IMG/VR virus record: IMGVR_UViG_3300032320_001919
DNA from: an uncultured virus (IMG/VR IMGVR_UViG_3300032320_001919)
Lineage: Duplodnaviria; Heunggongvirae; Uroviricota; Caudoviricetes
DNA: 64,000 bases
Strand: one strand, 5' to 3'
Shown: positions 43,726-53,262 of the stretch, in pieces
Position numbering within the stretch: the first letter of the stretch is position 1
Layout of the letters: every line of letters begins with the position of its first letter
The notes under the pieces: model-generated
What the model saw: only the letters and a program-made list of their open reading frames with translations
Told to the model about the DNA's origin: nothing
Databases searched by the model: none
Position numbers and translations under genes: made by a program

Positions 43726-44195
43726 TTAACTCCACCTTTTTCTAATCTTTTTCTTATTATAGCAAGTTGAGCTTCTGTTAAAACTCTTAGTACAGCTTTA
43801 GATTTGGCTGTATTATATTTATAATACTCTTGAATTAGGGAAAGGTTTTGTTCTTCCTCTTTCTGTAGCTTCTCAAGCCTCTTGTCTAACTCTTTCTTTT
43901 TGTTAAACCTTTTAGTCTTTCTGATACTATGAAAAAGATAGTCGTAATGCATCTGATCTGTTATATGATAGTTCATATTCATCTCGTTAGCATAGAACAC
44001 CGTATCTAAAAAATTAGAAAGAGAACCATTGGTTCTCCATTTATTATATTTGTATTCTTGACTCTTTACGTCTAGATGCACTTTACCGAAATTGACGCTG
44101 TTTTCATAGCACCAATCATATTTGGCCTCGGTAAGTTTTTCCTCAATAGGCTCTGGGTCCTTTCTTTGCTGCAAAGTTACATCTAAAAATTTCAT
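43722..44195 (-). CDS. gp62: clamp loader small subunit
   Basis: DT..ANEMN, Q..Y..L..IRK.KR, YY.Y...K; position between gp44 and regA. Confidence 0.85.
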   Translation of the reverse strand: MKFLDVTLQQRKDPEPIEEKLTEAKYDWCYENSVNFGKVHLDVKSQEYKYNKWRTNGSLSNFLDTVFYANEMNMNYHITDQMHYDYLFHSIRKTKRFNKKKELDKRLEKLQKEEEQNLSLIQEYYKYNTAKSKAVLRVLTEAQLAIIRKRLEKGGVK

Positions 44196-45130
44196 ACGAA
44201 TTCCGCCTCTATAATAACTTCCGCAAGGAAAGCAGCAAAGTTTATTTCAGCATTGGCTGCAAATGCATTTTGATATTGATACTTGGCAATCAAAGTAACC
44301 AAGAGAGGAATGCTCTTCGGCGTAAAGAACTGAGAAGCATTATCATAGAACTCATTATACAGAACGTTAACATCTGTATCAATGTTGTTCTTGACCCACC
44401 TACGCACTTCGGTGTAATTCTTTCCCTTCATCATATCGATTAATTCGCGGATGCTAGTCTGCTGAAGGTTAGCAAGAATGCCACTGTCAATCTTGCCTGT
44501 AGCAGCATAACGCTGGAGTTCATTGAGAACTCGACGCCAATCGGGGAAAAACTTCTGGATAATCTCAGCTACAGCTGGCTTGTCGTAAGAGACATTCTCG
44601 CTTGTGAGAATTGTCTCAACCCGCTTAAAGAATTGTCCGGCAAGCTTTGCCATATCCTTCTTGCCGATCTTGAAGTCTACGACAGAGCACCGAGAATGTA
44701 GCGGTTCAATGATTCGGTTCTTAAAGTTGCATGTAAGGATAAACCCGCAGTTTCTGCTAAATTCTTCCATGAAATTTCTAAGGGCTGGCTGAGTTGAATT
44801 GGCATTGAGGTAATCTGCCTCATCAAGGATGACGTACTTTCGTCCGCCACTGAGAGATACACTTGAGGCAAAGTTGAGAATCTCATTACGAAGTGTGTCG
44901 ATGTTGCCATTCATAGACCCGTTAATTACAATATAATCACAACCCAACTGTTCAAGCATAGCACGAGCCACCGTTGTTTTACCAACGCCAGCTGTACCAG
45001 ATAGAATCAGATTTGGGATATTCTTTTGATCAACAAATTGTTGAAAGGTTGCCTTCAAGTCAACCGGAAGGATAGTGTCCTCGATAGTCTTAGGACGATA
45101 CTTTTCTACCCAGAGAAATTCTTCGTTCAT
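44192..45130 (-). CDS. gp44: clamp loader large subunit
   Basis: LWVEKYRP, G.GKTT, DEAD, SRC. Confidence 0.95.
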   Translation of the reverse strand: MNEEFLWVEKYRPKTIEDTILPVDLKATFQQFVDQKNIPNLILSGTAGVGKTTVARAMLEQLGCDYIVINGSMNGNIDTLRNEILNFASSVSLSGGRKYVILDEADYLNANSTQPALRNFMEEFSRNCGFILTCNFKNRIIEPLHSRCSVVDFKIGKKDMAKLAGQFFKRVETILTSENVSYDKPAVAEIIQKFFPDWRRVLNELQRYAATGKIDSGILANLQQTSIRELIDMMKGKNYTEVRRWVKNNIDTDVNVLYNEFYDNASQFFTPKSIPLLVTLIAKYQYQNAFAANAEINFAAFLAEVIIEAEFV

Positions 45131-45402
45131 TAGTTTTTCCTTCCCGAATGATATTCGTCATAACAAGGTATACAATACCCTCTAAGATCTTTAGCTTGGA
45201 TATTGTCAGGATGAATATGTTGTCTGTTTGACTTAACATAAAAATCGCTGTATATTTTGTGTTCACCACAGTAAGTACAAGGTTTCAGCTTATACCCCTT
45301 GCCCTCGAGACCAAGAGCGGAAAAGATAGTATTAGTTACGTTGTTCGAAACATGCCTAGTAACTCTAGGCACAACACGGTCACGCTTCATCAAAATCTCC
45401 AT
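45130..45402 (-). CDS. small zinc-finger protein
   Basis: CTYC...FY...YCIPC. Confidence 0.55.
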   Translation of the reverse strand: MEILMKRDRVVPRVTRHVSNNVTNTIFSALGLEGKGYKLKPCTYCGEHKIYSDFYVKSNRQHIHPDNIQAKDLRGYCIPCYDEYHSGRKN

Positions 45403-45417
45403 AATATAACAAAAGTA

Positions 45418-45435
45418 GGGGAGCCGAAGCTCCCC
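45418..45435 (-). terminator. UUCG hairpin (terminator or RNA-stabilising)
   Basis: GGGGAGC-TTCG-GCTCCCC on the - strand, identical to 62390-62407. Confidence 0.65.
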
Positions 45436-45442
45436 AATTCAT

Positions 45443-46096
45443 TTAGAATGTTGAGCTTTGCTCAACCGCGATCCAGTATTCAACTTCCTTACCAGAGAAG
45501 TGAGAGATACCACGAGAACTGATAGTTACCTCATAATCTCCAGGGATAATCTTAATGTTTTCGGACTTAAAGATAGCTCTGAAAGTCTTATCAGTATCGC
45601 CGATATTGATAGAATAAATGTTTCCTGTCACATTCTTAGTGTCAGCTGCCTGAAGGAAAACATTGCGTCCATCGCCAAAGACTACAATTTCAGGAAGTGC
45701 AAGAACACCAGCAGCTTTCTCAACATCCCTCAAATGTTCATTGGTCAAAGTAAAACTGACATCAACTGATGGAAGATTGATCTCCTTATCAGGAGCCTTT
45801 GTGATAGTGCTTTCTTCAGCATAGGTATACTGAGACTTCTTGTTTCCGTCAAATATCTCAACCGACTTGTCGCCAAACCTCAACTCAGGATCGTTGAAAA
45901 GGCTCACAGTTGAAATGAACTGGTCAAGGTCATAGATAGCAAACTTCTTGCTGAAGTCAGTGTCAACCTTACCCTTTGCCATGATTGTCTTTGAAGGAGA
46001 AATGGTCTTCAAAACATTTCCTTCTTGTACAACAATTGATGGGTTAATCTTTGCGAAGTTCTTAAGAACATTCAGCGTATTAGTCGAAATCTTCAT
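45443..46096 (-). CDS. gp45: sliding clamp
   Basis: MKIS..TL.VLKNFA.IN.SI, FAIYDL..F, YWIA.E. Confidence 0.92.
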   Translation of the reverse strand: MKISTNTLNVLKNFAKINPSIVVQEGNVLKTISPSKTIMAKGKVDTDFSKKFAIYDLDQFISTVSLFNDPELRFGDKSVEIFDGNKKSQYTYAEESTITKAPDKEINLPSVDVSFTLTNEHLRDVEKAAGVLALPEIVVFGDGRNVFLQAADTKNVTGNIYSINIGDTDKTFRAIFKSENIKIIPGDYEVTISSRGISHFSGKEVEYWIAVEQSSTF

Positions 46097-46155
46097 ATTA
46101 TTCTCCATAATGTTTATCACAATAAAATCATACTATAAAAGCTATTAAATAGCAA

Positions 46156-47064
46156 TCACAAATACTTCGCTTCAAGCTTTCCCTGTCTTGCATTCTCAAC
46201 TGCTTCATCTTGCTTTGGTGCCTTCTTTCTTAAAGCTCCTGGATCAGCAGTTGCGCTTGCGCCAATAGCAGCAAGATCAGCAAGAGAGCCACCAAAGATG
46301 TAAGTACCAACGTGCTGCATCTTCATCCATGGACAGAACCAAGTTTTAAGACCAGCTTCCTGCGCCTTCTGACAGAACCAATAATCTTCAGACAAATAAC
46401 GCTTAGACTTAGGATCAATTTCTGCCTGGAAAAACTGCATAATTTCGCGGCTTCCATCGAAAGCCTCAGTGCGAACATGGTCAGGACGATACATCATTTC
46501 CTTATATGTATCAGCAAACTTCTGCATTGCAGCCTTTGTGACCATCATGAAGCCTGTGCCGATTTCAAGAACTTCACAAGGTTCAGAAATTTGAATAGAT
46601 CCTTGACCGTTCTTTGGGTTGAACACATAATCACCAACGAACTTTTCAAGAACTCCAGGATCTTCGTCGGCAACACCCTTATCAACAGCCATCTTAATCT
46701 TTTCCCAGCTGATGCACTTCTTGGGATAAGGACCACCAACAATGTCATACTTCTCTGGTTCGTTTGCTTGTAGAGCCATGAGAGCAATGACATCATGAGG
46801 ATTAAATCCGATGTCAGAGTCGATAAACATGAGATGCTGTGAAGGCGATCTCATAAACTCGTCGCAACAATAGTTACGAGCACGAGTAATCAACGACTCG
46901 TTAAACAAGAAATACATCTGAAGGGGAATACCGTTCTGAGAACAGATAGCAGCTAGATCTGCCACCGATCTAGCAAACATACCAGCACACTGGCCACCAT
47001 ACATCGGTGTTGCTAGAAACAGTCCGTTCTTTCTTAGAGTTTCTATTTCAATCTTAATTTCCAT
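46156..47064 (-). CDS. GT-A fold glycosyltransferase-like protein
   Basis: ATPMYGG, ESLITRARN, FIDSD (DxD), GTGFM, YLSEDYWFC, H.G. Confidence 0.75.
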   Translation of the reverse strand: MEIKIEIETLRKNGLFLATPMYGGQCAGMFARSVADLAAICSQNGIPLQMYFLFNESLITRARNYCCDEFMRSPSQHLMFIDSDIGFNPHDVIALMALQANEPEKYDIVGGPYPKKCISWEKIKMAVDKGVADEDPGVLEKFVGDYVFNPKNGQGSIQISEPCEVLEIGTGFMMVTKAAMQKFADTYKEMMYRPDHVRTEAFDGSREIMQFFQAEIDPKSKRYLSEDYWFCQKAQEAGLKTWFCPWMKMQHVGTYIFGGSLADLAAIGASATADPGALRKKAPKQDEAVENARQGKLEAKYL

Positions 47065-47480
47065 TATTTACCATCCTTATAATGATCTACGTATAGACAC
47101 ATGAATATATAGTGCAAAGCCTTCATCAAGTCTTTCTTATTGCTTCCGTTCTTCTTACCATAACGCCAAAGATACTTAATAGCAGTGTTGCGAAATGTTG
47201 GAGTTGAATCTCCAAGAGCAATCCAGGCATCAAAACATTCAATAGACTTATCTTCTGTCATATAGTGTTCAGAATACGTTGCGTCTAAATGTGCTTTGAG
47301 GTCAGCTAGAATTTTATCCTCAGCGTATTTATACGACAAAGAGTTCAATTCACTGTTTTTTCCATCAAAAATATATTCTTTGACTGGAGCAGCCTTACCT
47401 ATAATAAACCCACTCTCGTCAAAGATATATTCATTATCACTATCACAATCACAATTGCAATTACCAGTACAAATCATCAC
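47064..47480 (-). CDS. DUF3310-like nucleotide-modification-associated protein
   Basis: HY....IEC.D...F....IKYLWRYGKK....DL.KA.HY. Confidence 0.75.
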   Translation of the reverse strand: MMICTGNCNCDCDSDNEYIFDESGFIIGKAAPVKEYIFDGKNSELNSLSYKYAEDKILADLKAHLDATYSEHYMTEDKSIECFDAWIALGDSTPTFRNTAIKYLWRYGKKNGSNKKDLMKALHYIFMCLYVDHYKDGK

Positions 47481-48013
47481 TTACCTACCATTTCATAAAC
47501 TACATCTAAAATATGATTTTGTTCTTCAAGAGTATTATTAACATACTTGAAGGTGTTGAACATCAATGTCATATTAGACATGATGTTTGAGATCTTTGTT
47601 TCTCTCCCTTGTAACCACGTTTCATTCTGATTGCTTCCACGTTCCTTATATCTTTCTTCGCGAATTTGTTTTGTTGTTGAAAGATAAATGATACTCAAAT
47701 CATATTTGTCTAAACAATGCTCAAGGAAAGAAGCAGTGAACAAGCGATCGCCTTCGAACAATACAACTGAATTTGACGGGATTGAAGAAAGAAACTTAAT
47801 AGCTTCTGGCTGAACAGCCATGCTCATACGATCTGTCCCGGAAAATACTTCGCCTTCTTCGTACTTTCCTAGGATATAGATATTATCTTTTTGTAAGTAG
47901 GGAACAAGCTTGAAAGCATCATAGTTTGGTGTAACTTGGTAATGCTTAATAATTTCTTTCATCAAGGTAGTTTTGCCTGATCCAGGTTCGCCACCAATAG
48001 CAATTACTTTCAT
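47477..48013 (-). CDS. P-loop kinase, putative 5-hydroxymethyluracil-DNA kinase
   Basis: GGEPGSGKTT, GTD.MS, EGDRL, R...RG; adjacent to the amino acid:DNA transferase. Confidence 0.7.
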   Translation of the reverse strand: MKVIAIGGEPGSGKTTLMKEIIKHYQVTPNYDAFKLVPYLQKDNIYILGKYEEGEVFSGTDRMSMAVQPEAIKFLSSIPSNSVVLFEGDRLFTASFLEHCLDKYDLSIIYLSTTKQIREERYKERGSNQNETWLQGRETKISNIMSNMTLMFNTFKYVNNTLEEQNHILDVVYEMVGK

Positions 48014-48019
48014 AATACC

Positions 48020-49012
48020 TCACATAAATTCTTCAAGACCAATTTTATTTTGTACGAACAAACCTGTCGCGTCTAATATATTATTTTGGCTATACAGAGC
48101 CATTTTACTATCATCAATCTTATTAGTCAACAGTTTATTATTTAGTGTTTCTTTACGAGCGTCCCACATAGGTTGCCAGTCAATACCAAACCAATCATCG
48201 TTTTCGCACTGTTTAATTTCTTCAGCTTGACGATCAAGGTAATAACCAAGGTAACGCCCACGACTGACACGAAATAGCTTCTTGAATGAACAAAGACAAG
48301 TTTCCATATCAAAGTAATCAGTGTTTGGAAACTCTTCTCTAACTTCCTGTAAAATATAATATGCTTGACCATCAAGATAGTTAATCTCTTGATCGGTAAG
48401 TTTCTTATCATACCAATCGTCAAGCCCAAGAGCCATAACAAGACCGTTACGATGAGAACGACTTCCATCATAATCGTCAAGCATCAAATGTGGAGGTTCA
48501 ATGGGAACACCACAACACTGTTTGAGTGTTTGCATATAAAACCAAGTTGAGTAACGACCAAACTTATGGAACTTTGTTTTTACTTCTGACCAAATTCCGT
48601 CGAAGTTTTCTCTTGCTGATCTTTCAAGGAAGGGATCGAAGGTTTCTTTTTGAGTGCGATCACCAACCCATTGCTTGTAACTTTCGAACTGGGCTGGAAA
48701 ATGACCTTTGTTCCACTTGGTGTCAGTTTGATAACGGAGCCGTTTGTAATTGTTATTATTCCATTCGCGGAGGCGTTCGATTCCGACGAGTTCCATGTCG
48801 GGGAACTCATTCCAAATCACCCAAGTTGTTGGGAGATAATAGGTTGTGCCATAAATCCAAGAGATCCATAGTTTTTGCTCCGTATTATGTTCGAAACGAT
48901 CGAACAAATAGTTCGTCATGAAGATAGCAGGGTCACAATCCTTAATAGATAATGACCACTTATACCATTTAATAAAGTCTTGCTTACGTTGTAATTGTAT
49001 TGTTGTCATCAA
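48020..49012 (-). CDS. amino acid:DNA transferase (aGPT-pyrophosphorylase-like)
   Basis: D.DP, HhH-like KFGRYSTWFY, METCLCSFKK, RY.GYY.DR. Confidence 0.7.
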   Translation of the reverse strand: MMTTIQLQRKQDFIKWYKWSLSIKDCDPAIFMTNYLFDRFEHNTEQKLWISWIYGTTYYLPTTWVIWNEFPDMELVGIERLREWNNNNYKRLRYQTDTKWNKGHFPAQFESYKQWVGDRTQKETFDPFLERSARENFDGIWSEVKTKFHKFGRYSTWFYMQTLKQCCGVPIEPPHLMLDDYDGSRSHRNGLVMALGLDDWYDKKLTDQEINYLDGQAYYILQEVREEFPNTDYFDMETCLCSFKKLFRVSRGRYLGYYLDRQAEEIKQCENDDWFGIDWQPMWDARKETLNNKLLTNKIDDSKMALYSQNNILDATGLFVQNKIGLEEFM

Positions 49013-49613
49013 AAAAGCATTTCATAAATTCATTATATCTAGAAGGATGCTCAAAATCAAACTCTTTATGTTTCTTTACTTTCTTCATAATCCACTTTAT
49101 CTTAGCATTACGCAATTCTTGCGGATATGAATTAAGTATTTCTAAAGAACTCATATTTGTAGTTTGTTTAAAACATTCAACGCCTTTATCATTGATTGGC
49201 AAATCACAAAACATCGAATGACTGATGGTTGTTCCCCAATAAGTCATTCCAAGTTTATCATAAAAACCAAGAGCAGATTTATTACAATCTAAACGAATGC
49301 TAGTTGCGCCAGCTTCTACAGCCTCTAGTATGTTACGATGTAACATTTCTCGTGCAGAACCTTTACCCCTACCAGAAGCAGGAGTAAAGATATTTGATAT
49401 AAAAAGAACTTTTGACTTTGCTTGGCCTGAAATCTTCATAAAACAAACAGAAAAAATATTTCCGTTTAGTTCTAATACTCTCGGAGGCCAATCTTCCCAA
49501 GCTTTCATAAAGTCCCACATTCCTATAGCAACTTTAGAGAACTTGAAATCTTTTCCTATAAGAGTATTATGATACTTTAAATAATCGTTTTTGTCAAGCA
49601 TTTTGTAGATCAT
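48984..49613 (-). CDS. GNAT-family acetyltransferase
   Basis: IFT...RGKG.A (motif A), ALGFYDKLG (motif B). Confidence 0.75.
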   Translation of the reverse strand: MIYKMLDKNDYLKYHNTLIGKDFKFSKVAIGMWDFMKAWEDWPPRVLELNGNIFSVCFMKISGQAKSKVLFISNIFTPASGRGKGSAREMLHRNILEAVEAGATSIRLDCNKSALGFYDKLGMTYWGTTISHSMFCDLPINDKGVECFKQTTNMSSLEILNSYPQELRNAKIKWIMKKVKKHKEFDFEHPSRYNEFMKCFFDDNNTITT

Positions 49614-50533
49614 ATTGCTTCTAAAAATCTGCGCTGTTTACCAAGAACATTCAGACCGAGCTTTTCAGCCGTTTCATTGTCTAGGTTACGATCAGTTCTT
49701 TCATACTTGGTCTTTTCCCAACCCATGTACAATTCGTGATCATATGTAAATGGCGGGAACTTGTAATCATAAGAAAAAAGGATTTCTTGCACGTCAGGTC
49801 CGTTGTTAAGGGCAGCATCCATAAAAGCAGTAGCGAAACGGAAGCTGTCTTCAATTTCGCGACGATCAATAGAGCTACGGAAACAACGAAACTCTACAGT
49901 CTTTGAGTTCTTCAAAGCATAGGTATGGATACCATAGCGGAAAGGACGAGATTGAATTTTAGCATCCTTACCACAACAATGAACACGAAGCCAATCTTCA
50001 AAGTCAACAGGAACAGTTGCAAGATTTTCAAGCAACCAATTAGGGGCAATACGACCACCATCATGCTTCAAATAAGTCTTTGCAGTCTTTGTCTGTGTCA
50101 TATTAGGATAGACTCTAAACTGATAAACACGATCCATAGTGATGTGCTGATTTTCCTTGATATAACGCATCAAACGCTTTAGAGCGTCAATATCTTCAAT
50201 CAAACCTGGAACGTGAATATGAAGATGACCGTGATTAACACAACCAGCAGTAGGAGAAGTTCCATGCGCATCAAATAGCTCTTTAACCTTCATGATGTTA
50301 TCAACTTGATGCTGCCAAGTCTTTGTCGGCTTCATATTAATTTCGCCACCGACTGGCGGATTAATTCCCTTCGGGTCTGAACCAAGACCACGATAAGGTT
50401 CTCTCTCGTTGATAATATCTGTTTCGCAATATTCCCAAGAACCAAGTTCTTCAGGAATTTGCATCTTGCGATCTATATCGCCCCACTCGATTTCGAAACC
50501 ATAGGTAAATGTATTTGGGTGATAATACTTCAT
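49610..50533 (-). CDS. putative amidoligase (COOH-NH2 ligase, glutamine-synthetase-like)
   Basis: TYGFEIE, GGEIN, GHLHIHV, TVEFR. Confidence 0.75.
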   Translation of the reverse strand: MKYYHPNTFTYGFEIEWGDIDRKMQIPEELGSWEYCETDIINEREPYRGLGSDPKGINPPVGGEINMKPTKTWQHQVDNIMKVKELFDAHGTSPTAGCVNHGHLHIHVPGLIEDIDALKRLMRYIKENQHITMDRVYQFRVYPNMTQTKTAKTYLKHDGGRIAPNWLLENLATVPVDFEDWLRVHCCGKDAKIQSRPFRYGIHTYALKNSKTVEFRCFRSSIDRREIEDSFRFATAFMDAALNNGPDVQEILFSYDYKFPPFTYDHELYMGWEKTKYERTDRNLDNETAEKLGLNVLGKQRRFLEAI

Positions 50534-51231
50534 TGTAAATCCTCAATATTGAATGTTTCTTTAAGCCACTTATCATCAGCCACTTCAAAATGACTGAGCT
50601 TAAAGTTATTTACATTATAAATTTCGAACATTCTAGTTTTTTCTGAACTAGGGATACCGCTGCGCTTTAAAATGTTTTTTGTAGATGCAAAGATCGTTAC
50701 ACGATCATCAGAATAATAGTATAGCGGTCTTTCGTGATTACGAAAAGCTGTTAATCTTTTATCGGCAAACAGCGCACAGACCGCCATACTAGCTGGGTGA
50801 AACACAGCTAGTGGATTTTCGTCTTTTTCCATTGCTCGCAGAACAAGCTCGGAGTCATTTGCGGTTTCTGTTTCGTAACCAAATAGTTGGCGCCATGTGC
50901 TAGAAGGTTCTTGGGATATGACTCCGTTATGCACAACGCCCAACCCATCAGTTGCAAAAGGCTGATTGTAACGTAGGTCAGAAGTGCTATAGCGAATGTG
51001 ACCAATACAATAGAGATTACCATCTTCGTTTCTCCAAGTTTCTAAGTTTTGTTTTTGTATAAACTCATCAGCCGGAATTGGTTCTTTAATTGTGTGAACT
51101 TTACCATTCTTTACATAAGAAACACCAGTAGCATGCTTGCCACGAATCATTGACTGTTGAAAAAGACTACGGATAATTCCGTAGTCTCTCTCGTTAAAAT
51201 CAGCAATTGTTATGCCAAGGACTCCACACAT
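50530..51231 (-). CDS. class II (Ntn) glutamine amidotransferase
   Basis: MCG N-terminus at ATG 51231, RG..ATG, GH.RYST, QP, HNG, DSE. Confidence 0.85.
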   Translation of the reverse strand: MCGVLGITIADFNERDYGIIRSLFQQSMIRGKHATGVSYVKNGKVHTIKEPIPADEFIQKQNLETWRNEDGNLYCIGHIRYSTSDLRYNQPFATDGLGVVHNGVISQEPSSTWRQLFGYETETANDSELVLRAMEKDENPLAVFHPASMAVCALFADKRLTAFRNHERPLYYYSDDRVTIFASTKNILKRSGIPSSEKTRMFEIYNVNNFKLSHFEVADDKWLKETFNIEDLQ

Positions 51232-52535
51232 TAAAAGAATGCATCCAAGCTCGCTGCTGCTTCCTTTGCGTATGGATCTGTGATGTTGTGCTTCTTCATA
51301 TAACCAAACCACTCTTGATCATCCCACATTCCGGGAGAAACACCATTCCATAATGGTCTTTGTAACTTGTGATCCTTATTAAGGCGGCGCTCCTCAACAA
51401 ACTGTTTACGAAGCATCTCGTAATCCCAAGACTTCAATTCAACCATCTTTTCACGGAAATAACAAACAAGTGTCAACCGATCATTATCGTCACCAATAAG
51501 AGCGTCATTACCATGAATACCACCATGGTTGTTAACGAGCAACATATCTCCAGGTAGAAGATTGATACCTATACGATATTCAGGGAGAATAAACTCAGCA
51601 CCTTTCCAACCCTTACCTTCAGGACCAGTGATGCCACAGATGTTAGAAAACCCTTCATGCAAATCACCAGCGTCTCGGTGACAAGCTGTACGCCAGTTAT
51701 GATTAACTGTCAGTGTTGTGAAAACTGTCTCATCAACAAGGAATCTCGTGTCAAGCTTGTCAGCTTCGCGGCGCTGATTGCCCCAGCGAATAGGTAAAAG
51801 TTCTCTAAACTGGTCATTTAACTTACGAAGATAAGGGAAAGCAAGCTTAAACTTTTCTGGATTCTTTTCATTATAAGAACAAACACGACCATGAGGAATA
51901 CGGGGATATCTGTCAAAATATCCAGCAATACCAGACATGACAGATTGAGCATAATTAGTATCAGAAATATAATTATTGATTACGTAATTAGCTTCTTTGA
52001 TTTGCTCTTCACGAGAAAGATTATGCGTGCCAGTAAGCCACTTTTCAAACCAACCGTGATACTCAGGATACTTTTTTGTAACTGCAGAACGTAACCAAAC
52101 CTGACCACGAGTTTCTTCTTTTGAACCCTTCTTATGACTTTCACGAATTGATTCGATAGTTGTTCCATCATCAAATGTATTAGTAGGTCTTGCCAAGAAA
52201 GAAAGAATCTCAAGGTGTTCAGCAGTCACCCAATCGCGGTTGCCACGACCTTCCTGACCTAACTGATCGCCACGTGGACCAGCCGCCATGCCACGATTTT
52301 GCGACTCAGTCGCAGCATCTCTAAGACCAGCATACGCCATGTCCATTTCTTCTTTAGTGAACACGTTCTTTCTGAACTTAAAAATGATATTCTCTTCAGA
52401 GAGTTTACCATCAATAGATTCAGCATAAAGATCACAATCTTCAGTTATGATCCTATCCGTATAATCTTTACAAGTAATAAAAGAACCAAGAGTTTCTTCT
52501 GAACTAATCTTCTTTCTTACAAGAACCTCAACCAT
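51231..52535 (-). CDS. TET/JBP-family 5-methylpyrimidine dioxygenase
   Basis: FTTLTVN.N.RTACHRDAGD (HxD), HGN, RLTLVCYFRE. Confidence 0.8.
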   Translation of the reverse strand: MVEVLVRKKISSEETLGSFITCKDYTDRIITEDCDLYAESIDGKLSEENIIFKFRKNVFTKEEMDMAYAGLRDAATESQNRGMAAGPRGDQLGQEGRGNRDWVTAEHLEILSFLARPTNTFDDGTTIESIRESHKKGSKEETRGQVWLRSAVTKKYPEYHGWFEKWLTGTHNLSREEQIKEANYVINNYISDTNYAQSVMSGIAGYFDRYPRIPHGRVCSYNEKNPEKFKLAFPYLRKLNDQFRELLPIRWGNQRREADKLDTRFLVDETVFTTLTVNHNWRTACHRDAGDLHEGFSNICGITGPEGKGWKGAEFILPEYRIGINLLPGDMLLVNNHGGIHGNDALIGDDNDRLTLVCYFREKMVELKSWDYEMLRKQFVEERRLNKDHKLQRPLWNGVSPGMWDDQEWFGYMKKHNITDPYAKEAAASLDAFF

Positions 52536-52613
52536 TTACTTCTCCATGTTTGTATATGTACGACACTTCGTATATATACGAATCATAATTCAAAATTGAA
52601 TTAATGTCAAGCA

Positions 52614-52997
52614 TTAGCTATACTTTTTAAGAATACCTTCTATGTCAGCAGGTTGCCAACCTTCGGGCTTCTTGATCTTTCCATCTTCACGACGGATAAC
52701 CTTACCATCAACAAGCTTGTTCATATTCGCTGAATGAATCGCATTGAACACTTCATCAAGAGGAATACCATAAGAAACCGCTGTACCGCAAGCGATGTAG
52801 ATAATGTCAGCAAGTTCAACAGCCAGATTAACGATATCGTTGTTTGCCTCAGCCTGATTATATTCTTTGTGTTCTTCGCTCATAAGTTTGATGCGAAGAG
52901 CACGCTCAAATTCACTATCAGGAAGCTCTGGTTTCTCACCAACACGCTGCCCGAAAGCAGTGTGGAAATCACGAACCATTTCAAACATAGTCTTCAT
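52614..52997 (-). CDS. MazG-like/PRA-PH nucleotide pyrophosphohydrolase
   Basis: V..FH.AF, EE..E, ELADI.Y, H.ANM.K, REDGKI.KP. Confidence 0.85.
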   Translation of the reverse strand: MKTMFEMVRDFHTAFGQRVGEKPELPDSEFERALRIKLMSEEHKEYNQAEANNDIVNLAVELADIIYIACGTAVSYGIPLDEVFNAIHSANMNKLVDGKVIRREDGKIKKPEGWQPADIEGILKKYS

Positions 52998-52998
52998 A

Positions 52999-53262
52999 TT
53001 ATTCCTTTACTCCTAAAATTTTACGAATCTCTTTCTTTGCGTTAAACTCACCAGAGTGATAAACACACTCTAGCAATCCAACAATACCATAATATAAATG
53101 CTTATCTTTTATAGTAACATCAAGTGCACCACCTGAAGACCAACAAGAAAGATTACAGCTATCCCAGTCATCATTCACACCACACGCTGTATTTTTCTTA
53201 AAGAAAGAAGCCATGTATCCTGACTGGTGAAGGGTATGAGGGTTGTTTTGATCGTCAATCAT
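52999..53262 (-). CDS. hypothetical protein
   Basis: ORF likely starting at MIDDQ (GGAG SD). Confidence 0.5.
   Translation of the reverse strand: MIDDQNNPHTLHQSGYMASFFKKNTACGVNDDWDSCNLSCWSSGGALDVTIKDKHLYYGIVGLLECVYHSGEFNAKKEIRKILGVKE

Noticed and set aside
48580..48871. Alternative-frame ORFs within the amino acid:DNA transferase (48580-48810 -, 48650-48871 +)
   Set aside because: No convincing SD and no anomaly in the host gene that needs explaining, unlike the uvsW case
51232..51312. N-terminal extension of the amidotransferase given in the ORF track (start 51312)
   Set aside because: Ntn amidotransferases need Cys at position 2; the true start is the ATG at 51231 overlapping the TET stop
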